DNA of 32,000 nt, from positions 3,420,001-3,452,000 of the forward strand of contig NZ_CP147990.1 in assembly GCF_037902255.1 (NCBI RefSeq). The letters run 5' to 3'. The translations under genes were made by a program, and so were the position numbers. Under the pieces are notes generated by a model that worked only from the letters and a program-made list of their open reading frames with translations, ran no database searches and was not told the origin of the DNA. The DNA is from Candidatus Electrothrix sp. GW3-4. GTDB taxonomy: Bacteria > Desulfobacterota > Desulfobulbia > Desulfobulbales > Desulfobulbaceae. Within the stretch, counting starts at the first letter, position 1. The number at the start of each line of letters is the position of its first letter. Of the stretch, positions 8,525 to 16,808 are shown piece by piece.

Positions 8525-8938
8525 TCATGATATTTCCGTCGGATACCAGATTGTGATAGTGGAATATCCTTTTTTATAGGCAGTAGCGGAAACCTTGCTC
8601 CGCGCTGCCTGCACATCTGTCAGTGCATTAAGCAGCTCATTAATTTCCTGGTACATCTCCTCTTTCAATCTCTCCGTATCCCGATCATCAGCAATTGTAT
8701 TGACATCCCCCTTGACCCATTTGCCAATACTGGTGATTGCAGGCAAAGAAAAAACTTTTTCTGGATAAAAGACAACCGCCCGTGCCGCGCCCCCCACAAT
8801 ATTTGTCATAACAACTTTTGCATATTCTGCTCGCGGACCAAGGTCTTCCAATTTCCCCCTGACTCGGAGTTCCATCTCTGTCACTCCCTCCCGCCCTGAA
8901 TTCATTGACTCGAATGCCTCGTAGCTCCAGGTCATCAT
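8525..8938 (-). CDS. Hypothetical protein (no recognisable domain)
   Basis: This is a clean 137-139 codon ORF. GGAG lies 5 nt upstream of ATG 8938, and the ORF-track start GTG 8944 is two codons further up. I can place no motif. Confidence 0.55.
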   Translation of the reverse strand: MMTWSYEAFESMNSGREGVTEMELRVRGKLEDLGPRAEYAKVVMTNIVGGAARAVVFYPEKVFSLPAITSIGKWVKGDVNTIADDRDTERLKEEMYQEINELLNALTDVQAARSKVSATAYKKGYSTITIWYPTEIS

Positions 8939-9050
8939 TACCACTCCACTTTATTTTTTATCTCCCTATGCTTCCAAGACCCTTTTCACGCCAGAGAACT
9001 ATATTTTTCAGCCAAAGGACCCTCTGTTGCTTTCCACAAAAAGCATTAAA

Positions 9051-9080
9051 AATATACCGTAGTTACAGAAACATTGTCAA
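9051..9080 (-). promoter_or_regulatory. Sigma70-like promoter for the 8525-8938 gene
   Basis: On the minus strand: TTGACA (complement of 9075-9080), an 18-nt spacer, then TATATT (complement of 9051-9056). This implies a leader of about 100 nt. Confidence 0.35.
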
Positions 9081-9180
9081 GCATTTCCGCCCCTAAGAAA
9101 CGAAAGATAAAGTACACGATCGAATATCGAAAACGCAGGAAATCTCAGTTGCTCACAGTGGCTTCAAAGGATAGATCACC

Positions 9181-11796
9181 TCATAGCTCTGCAATAATCT
9201 TATTAATCATCGTGTAATCCGTCTTCCCGGTTCCTAGAAGCGGTATTTCCTCAACCCGGCGGACAAGTCGAATATTATGCAGAGGCGACAGACCTGCATC
9301 CCGGACCGCCTGATTCGCCTCTTCCCTATCCGTTTCCAAGACTGTGAGCAAAATCAACTCGGGATGATGTTCATCAGCAGTGGCTGCAACGGCCAAAACC
9401 GGTCCTTCTTCTGTTGAATAATGGGCCTCTAAAACCTGTTCAATCGCAGGCAGCGAGATCATCTCGCCCCCCATCTTAACAAAACGTTTCAGGCGCCCTG
9501 CAAAGACAAGCACCCCACCCTGCTCAAACATCAGATCTCCGCTATCATACCAAGATTTCCCGTCAAAGTCGACAAAGGGTGAGGGTGCATCACCGAGATA
9601 GCCGGAAAAAACATTAGGGCCACGAAGCAGCAGGCGACCGTTTTTTCCGGTAGGCACTGGTTCCCTGGTCTCCAGGTCCAAGAGGACATACTCCATGGAG
9701 TCCAATATCCTTCCGACGCTACCGGCCTGCGGGGCCTCAGGAGAATTCACTGTAACCACAGGGGAGCATTCAGTCACACCGTAGCCCTCACAAAGCACCG
9801 CTTGCGGACATTGCTTTTCCAGGGCAGCAAAGACATGATCCGGGCATTTTTCAGCTCCAGAGAAAATCAGACGTAACGAATGGAGCAGATCCGGCTTCCA
9901 TGCCCGAAGGATTCCGTGCAGAAAAGTAGGGGTGGTAACCAAGGTGGTTGCCCCGTAAGCCCCTATCATGCGGGCAAGCTGGGCCCCCTCAGTTGGATTG
10001 GGCCAGTACACGGTGCGCAGACCGGTACAAAGGGGAAGGATAACAGTACCAGCCAGACCGAGAGAGTGAAATACCGGTAGAATACCCAACAGACGATCAT
10101 TGGAGGACAAAGATAATACTTGCGTAAAATCGTGGGCATTCGCCAAGAAATTGGCGTGCGTCAGAGGGACGGCTTTCGGTTGGGCTTCTGAACCGGAGGT
10201 AAAGAGGACAGCTGCGTTTTCGGCAATCTCTGCCTCTCGCAATTCCTTCCATGACAGCCTGCTTTTCAGCAGGACCGTGATTTTACGGCCCACACTCATC
10301 CCGGCAGCGAGTTCTTCCAGATACACCCAGGATACGCCGACCTGATCCAACGCAACCCCGCGCTGCTGTAATCTTCCGGTCAAGGCCTTGGCCGTGATCA
10401 CCCTCTCCGCACCGACACTTCGCAGGGAGTAGCGCATATTGGCCGTGCCGCTGGTCCAGTTAACCATCACCGGCTCTTTACCGCTGAACATCACAGCCAA
10501 CCAGCTGACAACCGCACCGACCGAAGCTGGCATCATGATGCCGACCCTCTTTTCGGGCATTTTTCGGATCTCAGGCAACAGGGCATAGACAGCCATAATC
10601 AGCTGCCGCCAGGTTTTATCGCCGCTGATCTGGTCGGAAAGGATAACCTGATCCAGATTTTGCCGGGCCTGATCAAGAAAGAGTTCAGCAATGGTTGCTC
10701 CCTGGGGAAGAATCAGTGTTCGCTCCTCAATCTGTTCAAACCACTTGGCGGAAACCGGTTTGAGCGGCACGCCGGGCAAAACCGGCATGATCCCCCCTGC
10801 GGCCAGGATACAGTCAGAAACCGTCTGGAGCACTTCCAGATTTTCCGTGGCCACACCGAACTCCTGATGCAGCCAGGAACCGAACTCAGCCAGGACCAGG
10901 CTGTCCATACCAAGGTCCGTGGCCAGATGATCGCCTTCCTCAATTTCCTCCACCCCGGCAAGTTCAGTCAGCTGGGCCAGCACCAAACTTTGAATACTCT
11001 CTGAAATTCTGTCGGTATCTCGATTGATAAATTCCGGTCGCGCCTCATCATGATAAATTGGTTTATAGCCCTGCCACCAGTATTGAGGAATTTCTGTATT
11101 CCTGTCCGGCCCGACATTATAAAACTCCTCAAGGTAGTGATTTATCTCTCTCCTGTCCCTGCTCCTCGGAAAATCATCCGGCTCAACGAGCTCTATATGT
11201 ACAGGTCTCCGTGGCATAAACAGGAGACCATTAACGAGCACCCTGCCAAGCAGTTTCCCCACATCTCCAAATAAGGTAGGAAGACCACAGGCCCTGCTAA
11301 ACCGGCTCCCCCACAGCCCACGAATGCGTATGAGAACGATTCGGGCTTCTGGAACGGCATGTACAACAGAAACGGCCCCGCTATTGGCACCGATGACCTC
11401 CAAATGGCCTCGCGATATGCGCCCGGCAGGATACATGAGCACATTCTCCCCGCGCTTCAAACTTGCCACAATTTCCTCAATCCCGGCAAAGACCTGTTCT
11501 TTGGTATCTTGGCTACTGACATTCAAGTCCGGGATAAAGATGGCGTTCACCATATCCATGAAGGATTTAGCCAGAGGATGGTCGGCTTGCTTCTCGTCAA
11601 CCAGCGGCTTTGGAGCAAAGGGATTATAGAGCAGACTCATGACAATGACCGGATCAATCAAGGCCTGATGATTGGGGAGGAACAGAAGAGGACGGTTATC
11701 TTCAGTGCGGATTTTCAGCTCTTTGAGCCCATTCACCGTGATACGATAGCGAACACGGAGCATGAGTGCAAAGACGAAACTGATCAGCTTATTCAT
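9181..11796 (-). CDS. aas: Aas-like tri-domain enzyme: lysophospholipid acyltransferase (PlsC-type) - acyl carrier domain - acyl-ACP/AMP-dependent synthetase
   Basis: The acyltransferase HX4D motif is NHQALID. The phosphopantetheine-attachment motif is DLGMDSLVLAEF (about nt 10798-11010). The AMP-binding motif LFTSGSEAQPKAV is of the kind seen in E. coli Aas (TSGSEGxPKGV), with later YGVTE and GDL motifs. I prefer ATG 11796 (AAGGTG 5 nt upstream) over the ORF-track ATG 11832. Confidence 0.85.
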   Translation of the reverse strand: MNKLISFVFALMLRVRYRITVNGLKELKIRTEDNRPLLFLPNHQALIDPVIVMSLLYNPFAPKPLVDEKQADHPLAKSFMDMVNAIFIPDLNVSSQDTKEQVFAGIEEIVASLKRGENVLMYPAGRISRGHLEVIGANSGAVSVVHAVPEARIVLIRIRGLWGSRFSRACGLPTLFGDVGKLLGRVLVNGLLFMPRRPVHIELVEPDDFPRSRDRREINHYLEEFYNVGPDRNTEIPQYWWQGYKPIYHDEARPEFINRDTDRISESIQSLVLAQLTELAGVEEIEEGDHLATDLGMDSLVLAEFGSWLHQEFGVATENLEVLQTVSDCILAAGGIMPVLPGVPLKPVSAKWFEQIEERTLILPQGATIAELFLDQARQNLDQVILSDQISGDKTWRQLIMAVYALLPEIRKMPEKRVGIMMPASVGAVVSWLAVMFSGKEPVMVNWTSGTANMRYSLRSVGAERVITAKALTGRLQQRGVALDQVGVSWVYLEELAAGMSVGRKITVLLKSRLSWKELREAEIAENAAVLFTSGSEAQPKAVPLTHANFLANAHDFTQVLSLSSNDRLLGILPVFHSLGLAGTVILPLCTGLRTVYWPNPTEGAQLARMIGAYGATTLVTTPTFLHGILRAWKPDLLHSLRLIFSGAEKCPDHVFAALEKQCPQAVLCEGYGVTECSPVVTVNSPEAPQAGSVGRILDSMEYVLLDLETREPVPTGKNGRLLLRGPNVFSGYLGDAPSPFVDFDGKSWYDSGDLMFEQGGVLVFAGRLKRFVKMGGEMISLPAIEQVLEAHYSTEEGPVLAVAATADEHHPELILLTVLETDREEANQAVRDAGLSPLHNIRLVRRVEEIPLLGTGKTDYTMINKIIAEL

Positions 11797-11953
11797 GGCG
11801 ACACCTTGATATAATATTTGGGTGGAACACATGCACTATGTTCAAAACACAAGGGATGAAGCGTACAGGAAGACCTCTCCTCGGCACAGAAAACTTCGGT
11901 CCTCCTATTCAAATGATGTTATCCAGACAGAGCCACCCAGGAAAAAAGCAAAA

Positions 11954-12382
11954 TTAGGAGCTGATCATCCATTCACCCTTTCCCGTCTCCACAGCCAAGG
12001 AAAGACGATTTTCTACAAAGGAACGCAGGATTTCGCGTTGTGTCTCAGAGAGGACAGCAAAGGCCATCCCCAATAAAACATGCTCCAGGTACTCATTATC
12101 CATAATCCAGACAATCTGCATGGGAAGCCTTCTCAAAGCCTCAAGGCCTTGCCCCCCTCTTATATGAGACAATAAAATAGTGTCGCCCTGTCGCATCTCC
12201 TGAAACCGTTTCCGTTCAATAGAAACCTGCATACCTCCTTCACTCATGTTCAGGACAGAAGCAGGAATTTCCTGTGCCGAATCCTGTTGCTCGGATAAAA
12301 AAAGAAGAGCTTGAACTCTATTCCACTCATTAAAAATAATTCTTGTATAACGCCGTTTTTCTTCCTGTCTTTCCTTTGCCAT
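11954..12382 (-). CDS. PilZ-domain c-di-GMP receptor
   Basis: Both halves of the PilZ signature are present: RRYTR (RxxxR) near the N-terminus and NMSEGG ((D/N)xSxxG). Confidence 0.8.
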   Translation of the reverse strand: MAKERQEEKRRYTRIIFNEWNRVQALLFLSEQQDSAQEIPASVLNMSEGGMQVSIERKRFQEMRQGDTILLSHIRGGQGLEALRRLPMQIVWIMDNEYLEHVLLGMAFAVLSETQREILRSFVENRLSLAVETGKGEWMISS

Positions 12383-12496
12383 CGCCCGAAAAAATCCCCC
12401 CGAAAATCATGCCCCAATGAACGGAATATATCTCAATGGTTCTGCAGAGCACGTAACGACCTCGCGTTTCAAAAGGTATCCAGAGTGCGGCAAAAA

Positions 12497-13915
12497 TCAC
12501 TGTACCCACTCCACCAGCTGCCGAAACAACTTCTGCCTCTTCTCCGGTATCCCCAGTTGCAGCATCTCTTCTAAAATTTGCTGGTACTTATGCAGCGTGA
12601 GTTCATTACCGAATGCACCTGCAAGGAGACGGGACTCACAGAACTGCTGCCACTGATCAGCCTCCTTACCACTGAGTGTTTCCGGCCAGTTTCTCGCCCG
12701 GTAACGGAAATACAGAGGAGGCAAACGTCCATCCTCAAAAACAGGCTCCCACTCCGCGAGCTGTTCTGGTGACTTCCGCAACAGCGCGTCACAAAGCCTG
12801 CGATCATTATTAGAAATAAAACCTGTGTACAAGGCAATATCAACATCAGGTATGCCGCTCTCCGGGCCTCGCAGATACAACTCGACAAGACGCGTCCTTA
12901 GGGTGGGGTCCGCGACCAATAGCTGACGGTGTTGTTCTGCCTCTTGCCAGTCAATCTGCCATTGCTCTGCCATCTCTGGACTCAGGGTATTAAGCGGTGC
13001 CAGAGCAGGAGACTTGTTTAGGTGTACCCCTTTGAGGGCAATCCTTTCCACACCCTCAGGAAGATCTTCGTTAGGGGTGTACAGGTTCTCCTCCATCTCA
13101 TCCACCGTCATATGCAATAGATTTTGCGGATCTCGGCGCAAATCATAGACGATCACCTCGTTTTTATTGCGCGGATGTTGTAGGAGAGGGACAACCGGGG
13201 CAATGCATCCCTTTTCGGTAGGATACATACCGCTGACATGCAAGACAACGCCGTGTTCTCCCAGGTCCAGCATAGAGGCGGCCTCATGCTTACTGCGTAA
13301 CTTGAAAAAATATGCATAGAGGCGGGGTTTGAGTTCCTTAATGAGCCGGGCCAAGGCAATGGTGGCCCGAACATCGGATAGAGCATCATGGGCACCATGA
13401 TGCTCTATCCCGTTTGCTGCGGTCAGGTCTTCCAGTCTGAAACTAACCTTCCCGTCTTCCTTTTTGGGCCAGTTGATATCCTCGGGCCGCAGAGCATAGG
13501 CCAATCGTACCAGATCGATAATATCCCAGCGACTATTGCCGTTCTGCCATTCACGGGCATAGGGATCGATAAAATTACGATAAAAACCAAAGCGAGTGAC
13601 TTCGTCGTCAAAACGAATGGAGTTATAGCCCACCCCACAGGTCCCAGGTTGAGAAAAAGCAGTATTGATTTTGCCGAAAAAACTCGCTTCGTTCAGACCG
13701 GCTACTGCTGCTTCCTGCGGTGAGATACCGGTGAGCATAACCGCCTCAGGATGAGGGAGAAAATCGTCAGCTGGGCGACAGTACAGCATGATAGGATCGC
13801 CCAGCTCTTCCAACTCAGCATCTGTCCGAAGAGCCGCAAACTGGGCAGGCCTGTCCCTGCGGGGATCCAGCCCCCAGGTCTCATAATCATGCCATAACAA
13901 GGTTATATTAGACAT
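12497..13915 (-). CDS. sbcB: Exodeoxyribonuclease I
   Basis: It resembles E. coli SbcB along its full length: WHDYETWGLDPRRDRPAQFAALRTD, GYNSIRFDDEVTR, FRLEDLTAANGIEHHGAHDALSDVRATIALARL, YFRYRARNWPETL. Confidence 0.92.
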   Translation of the reverse strand: MSNITLLWHDYETWGLDPRRDRPAQFAALRTDAELEELGDPIMLYCRPADDFLPHPEAVMLTGISPQEAAVAGLNEASFFGKINTAFSQPGTCGVGYNSIRFDDEVTRFGFYRNFIDPYAREWQNGNSRWDIIDLVRLAYALRPEDINWPKKEDGKVSFRLEDLTAANGIEHHGAHDALSDVRATIALARLIKELKPRLYAYFFKLRSKHEAASMLDLGEHGVVLHVSGMYPTEKGCIAPVVPLLQHPRNKNEVIVYDLRRDPQNLLHMTVDEMEENLYTPNEDLPEGVERIALKGVHLNKSPALAPLNTLSPEMAEQWQIDWQEAEQHRQLLVADPTLRTRLVELYLRGPESGIPDVDIALYTGFISNNDRRLCDALLRKSPEQLAEWEPVFEDGRLPPLYFRYRARNWPETLSGKEADQWQQFCESRLLAGAFGNELTLHKYQQILEEMLQLGIPEKRQKLFRQLVEWVQ

Positions 13916-13933
13916 ACATCACTTGATTAAAAA

Positions 13934-14476
13934 TCACGCCAAGAACATGCCGCCTACCATCACCAGCCCCCCCACCGCAAGCAGCAGAAGGTCCAACCAC
14001 GTATACCGAAAAACAAACAATCCGCTCAGGGCAAGCACAACGATTAGAAGCGCTATACAATCTGTCAACCAGAGCCAAGTGGAGGCAACTTTATAGGACT
14101 TATGCAGACTATTCAGCCAATGCCAAGGCTGTTGTTCCTTCTTATCGATGCGGGTCATCTCCCCTTTTATCGAATCAATCACATAGGTTGTACGGCCATG
14201 AGAGCCATAAAGAAACTCAATAATACCTTTTTGTTTCAACCTGATAACTGTCGGGTCATCATCGCGACCAATCTGCTGCTTGTACGTAGCAATAATTTTA
14301 TTCAACACATCCTGCTGCTGACCCTCAATTACTGAAACCGTCTCATGGCGTGTTTGAAAATAGCCAAAGGACTTCCTATGATTGAGCAGCAGGCCCGTCA
14401 GGCTGTAAAAAAGCACAAAGCCGAGCAGAACGAGTCCGGCCCAACGATGCACCCTACGCCACCTTCTTTTATTCAT
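13934..14476 (-). CDS. PepSY-associated TM-helix family membrane protein
   Basis: The N-terminal RRVHRWAGLVLLGFVLFYSLTGLLLNH motif is typical of PepSY_TM proteins. A second TM pair lies at the C-terminus. Confidence 0.6.
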   Translation of the reverse strand: MNKRRWRRVHRWAGLVLLGFVLFYSLTGLLLNHRKSFGYFQTRHETVSVIEGQQQDVLNKIIATYKQQIGRDDDPTVIRLKQKGIIEFLYGSHGRTTYVIDSIKGEMTRIDKKEQQPWHWLNSLHKSYKVASTWLWLTDCIALLIVVLALSGLFVFRYTWLDLLLLAVGGLVMVGGMFLA

Positions 14477-14570
14477 TACTGACTCTTACTGACGTAAAGA
14501 TCAAGCCCCGATCAGGAGGAACCGAAACAAGGCCTGCACCGAAAAAACCTTTCCCTTTACCAAAAACAAA

Positions 14571-16394
14571 TCAACTCTTTTTGATAACAAGTTTTTTTCC
14601 AGGATGAAGCAGGTTATTGCTCAGGCGATTCCATCGTTTAATCTCCTGGGTGGAGACCTGATGTTTCCGGGCAATGGACCAAAGAGAATCGCCGTTACGA
14701 ACCTTATAATAACTCACCGTGATGTTGTCTTCACTCTTATCAGCCCCGGTATCAGCCTTCCCAGATGGGTAAAGAGCGATCTTTCGACCAGCCCGAATTC
14801 TCCGAACATCATCAATATCATTCCACTGCATAATCATATCAACCGAAACATTATACCGCTTACCGATCCCGGACAGGGTCTCTCCCTTACGAAGCCTATG
14901 CACTATTTTCCTTTCTTCATCAGCACGGATATGGTCGAGATTCGCAGCGATACGCGTACTGCTCCCCGCAGGTACTTTTATCGAATACATACCTTTTGTT
15001 GGAGGGACCTGATTTTTGAGCAGCTCATTATTCAATTGCCGAATCTTTTTCACCGAACAGCCTCCTGCTGCTGCGATTGCCGACAACGACGTCCGAGAAG
15101 GAACATCGACCACATCATACTGCGCCTTCTTTACCCGAACAGACTCAAAACCGTAGCGTTCCGGGTCATGGGCGATAATAATGGCTGCAATCAATTTAGG
15201 AACATAACGCTTTGTCTCAAGCGGTAAATAATCCTTGGCAGCAAGATCCCAGAAATTTTTTGCCTTGTACTTTACCAATCCTCGCTGAATTTTTCCTTCA
15301 CCTGCATTATACGCCGCAACAGCAAGTTGCCAATCGCCAAAGCGCTTATAGAGCGCATCAAGATAGGCCACAGCTGCCTGGGTCGCCTTTTCTGGATCTC
15401 GACGTTCATCCAGCCAGGAATCAATACGCAACCCGTAGTGACGGGCTGTGCTGGTTATAAACTGCCATAAACCAGAGGCACGGGCTGGAGAATAGGCAAC
15501 CGGGTTAAAGCCTGATTCAATCATAGCAAGATATGCCAACGATTGGGGTAACGCGGCTTTTTTCAATTCCTTCTCAATCACAGGCAGGTAGATAGCTGAC
15601 CGTTGCAACCACTGCCTGAAGGTCGTTCGCTGTCGATTCTGAAACTGATCCAGGTAAAATTCCACCTGTTTATTGATAATAACCGGAAAGTCACAGGCGC
15701 TCTTCCTCGACGGATCTAACTGCTCCGGCTGGACATCGCCCTTCCCTTTCGCAACAGAAGAGAGAAAATTTATATTTAAGTTGAGCTGAACCGGGGCAAA
15801 AGACTTGGGGAGATCACACTGTATTCCATAGGAAGAGAGGACATCCTGCTTCCCTTCCCCGCTATCACTCCAATCTCCTGTTTTCTCCAAAGCAGTCAAT
15901 TCTTCTTTCAGCTCCTGCTCGGATTGTACAGGAGTGTAGAGAGGAGGCACATCCTCAAGCTCCTGCTCCTGCTCCCCATAGCCTGAAATCTCCACGAGCG
16001 AAAACATCGATTTATCTGCGTTCCTCTCCCTATACTTCGACGAAGGCCGCAAGGAAGCCAATCTATTATTTTCGCTATTATTTTTAGCCACACCCTCCCT
16101 TTCTTCTCCCACAATAGGCACCAACTCGGAACTATAAACAACAAGGGCCTGGGAAAGACCTCTTTCATCAGTTTTCCTGTCGTTTTCAGCCGTTTTTTCT
16201 GGCCCCCCAGGGAAAACGATTTTTTTTTCAGGATGAACATCTTGTGGGGATTCTCTATTTTTTTCTGCTGAAAAAGAACTGATAGCAAACTCTTCCTGAT
16301 TGATATTCTTGAGAAGATCAGTATTATGAAGAGCAGGAGAACAAGCAGCAAAAAAAGGAAGAGAGACAAGGGGAACAAACAAGGATACTTTCAT
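14571..16394 (-). CDS. mltD: Membrane-bound lytic murein transglycosylase D-like lipoprotein (SLT domain + LysM repeats)
   Basis: It has a lipoprotein signal (LPFFAAC). The SLT catalytic region is LAMIESGFNPVAYSPARASGLWQF...AYNAGEG. There are at least two C-terminal LysM repeats (HRLRKGETLSGIGKRYNVSVDMIMQWN and YKVRNGDSLWSIARKHQVSTQEIKRWN). A long acidic N-terminal linker is present. Confidence 0.85.
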   Translation of the reverse strand: MKVSLFVPLVSLPFFAACSPALHNTDLLKNINQEEFAISSFSAEKNRESPQDVHPEKKIVFPGGPEKTAENDRKTDERGLSQALVVYSSELVPIVGEEREGVAKNNSENNRLASLRPSSKYRERNADKSMFSLVEISGYGEQEQELEDVPPLYTPVQSEQELKEELTALEKTGDWSDSGEGKQDVLSSYGIQCDLPKSFAPVQLNLNINFLSSVAKGKGDVQPEQLDPSRKSACDFPVIINKQVEFYLDQFQNRQRTTFRQWLQRSAIYLPVIEKELKKAALPQSLAYLAMIESGFNPVAYSPARASGLWQFITSTARHYGLRIDSWLDERRDPEKATQAAVAYLDALYKRFGDWQLAVAAYNAGEGKIQRGLVKYKAKNFWDLAAKDYLPLETKRYVPKLIAAIIIAHDPERYGFESVRVKKAQYDVVDVPSRTSLSAIAAAGGCSVKKIRQLNNELLKNQVPPTKGMYSIKVPAGSSTRIAANLDHIRADEERKIVHRLRKGETLSGIGKRYNVSVDMIMQWNDIDDVRRIRAGRKIALYPSGKADTGADKSEDNITVSYYKVRNGDSLWSIARKHQVSTQEIKRWNRLSNNLLHPGKKLVIKKS

Positions 16395-16751
16395 TCTTTC
16401 TCACGCTAGGTAGCATAACGAACAAGTTTTCGGCCCAATTACGGCCATTTTTTTCATTTTAACGGCCCTATAAAATAATGCCAAACCGAAAAAACACCCT
16501 AGTCAAAACAGTACCACAGACAAAGAATATTTTACAAGGAAAAACATATTGTTGACAATCGTTCTGTTTTTGATTTACAACATATACTATGATAACATAC
16601 TGGATCCAACCTTTTTTCCTTCGCAAAGAAAAAAATCTCTTTTTTATTGTGTTTCACGGTCATCCAATGGCGCGACCCAATCATTGGCGCAACACGTTCA
16701 ACACCTCTCTCTTTGAATAACAAAGAAAGAGGCACTGGAGTCTTCCTTTTT

Positions 16752-16780
16752 TTGACATTGACGCCGAAAACGCGTATCAT
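16752..16780 (+). promoter_or_regulatory. Sigma70-like promoter for the PBP gene
   Basis: A perfect TTGACA (16752-16757), a 17-nt spacer, then TATCAT (16775-16780), about 28 nt upstream of ATG 16809. Confidence 0.5.
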
Positions 16781-16808
16781 ATTTTTCCAAACTCTAATTA
16801 ACTAATCC

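Noticed and set aside
8324-8530. The 68-aa + strand ORF in the 8213-8524 spacer.
   Set aside because: It has no SD and an odd composition, and it reads through the intrinsic terminator hairpin. The region is better explained as non-coding (see the small-RNA candidate).
16395-16808. The divergent strand-switch region (mltD to the left, PBP to the right) considered as a replication origin.
   Set aside because: I could find no DnaA-box (TTATCCACA-like) clusters or AT-rich 13-mer repeats, and no dnaA/dnaN nearby. It looks like an ordinary divergent promoter region. The 82-aa ORF at 16532-16780 on the minus strand overlaps the PBP promoter and has no coding features.
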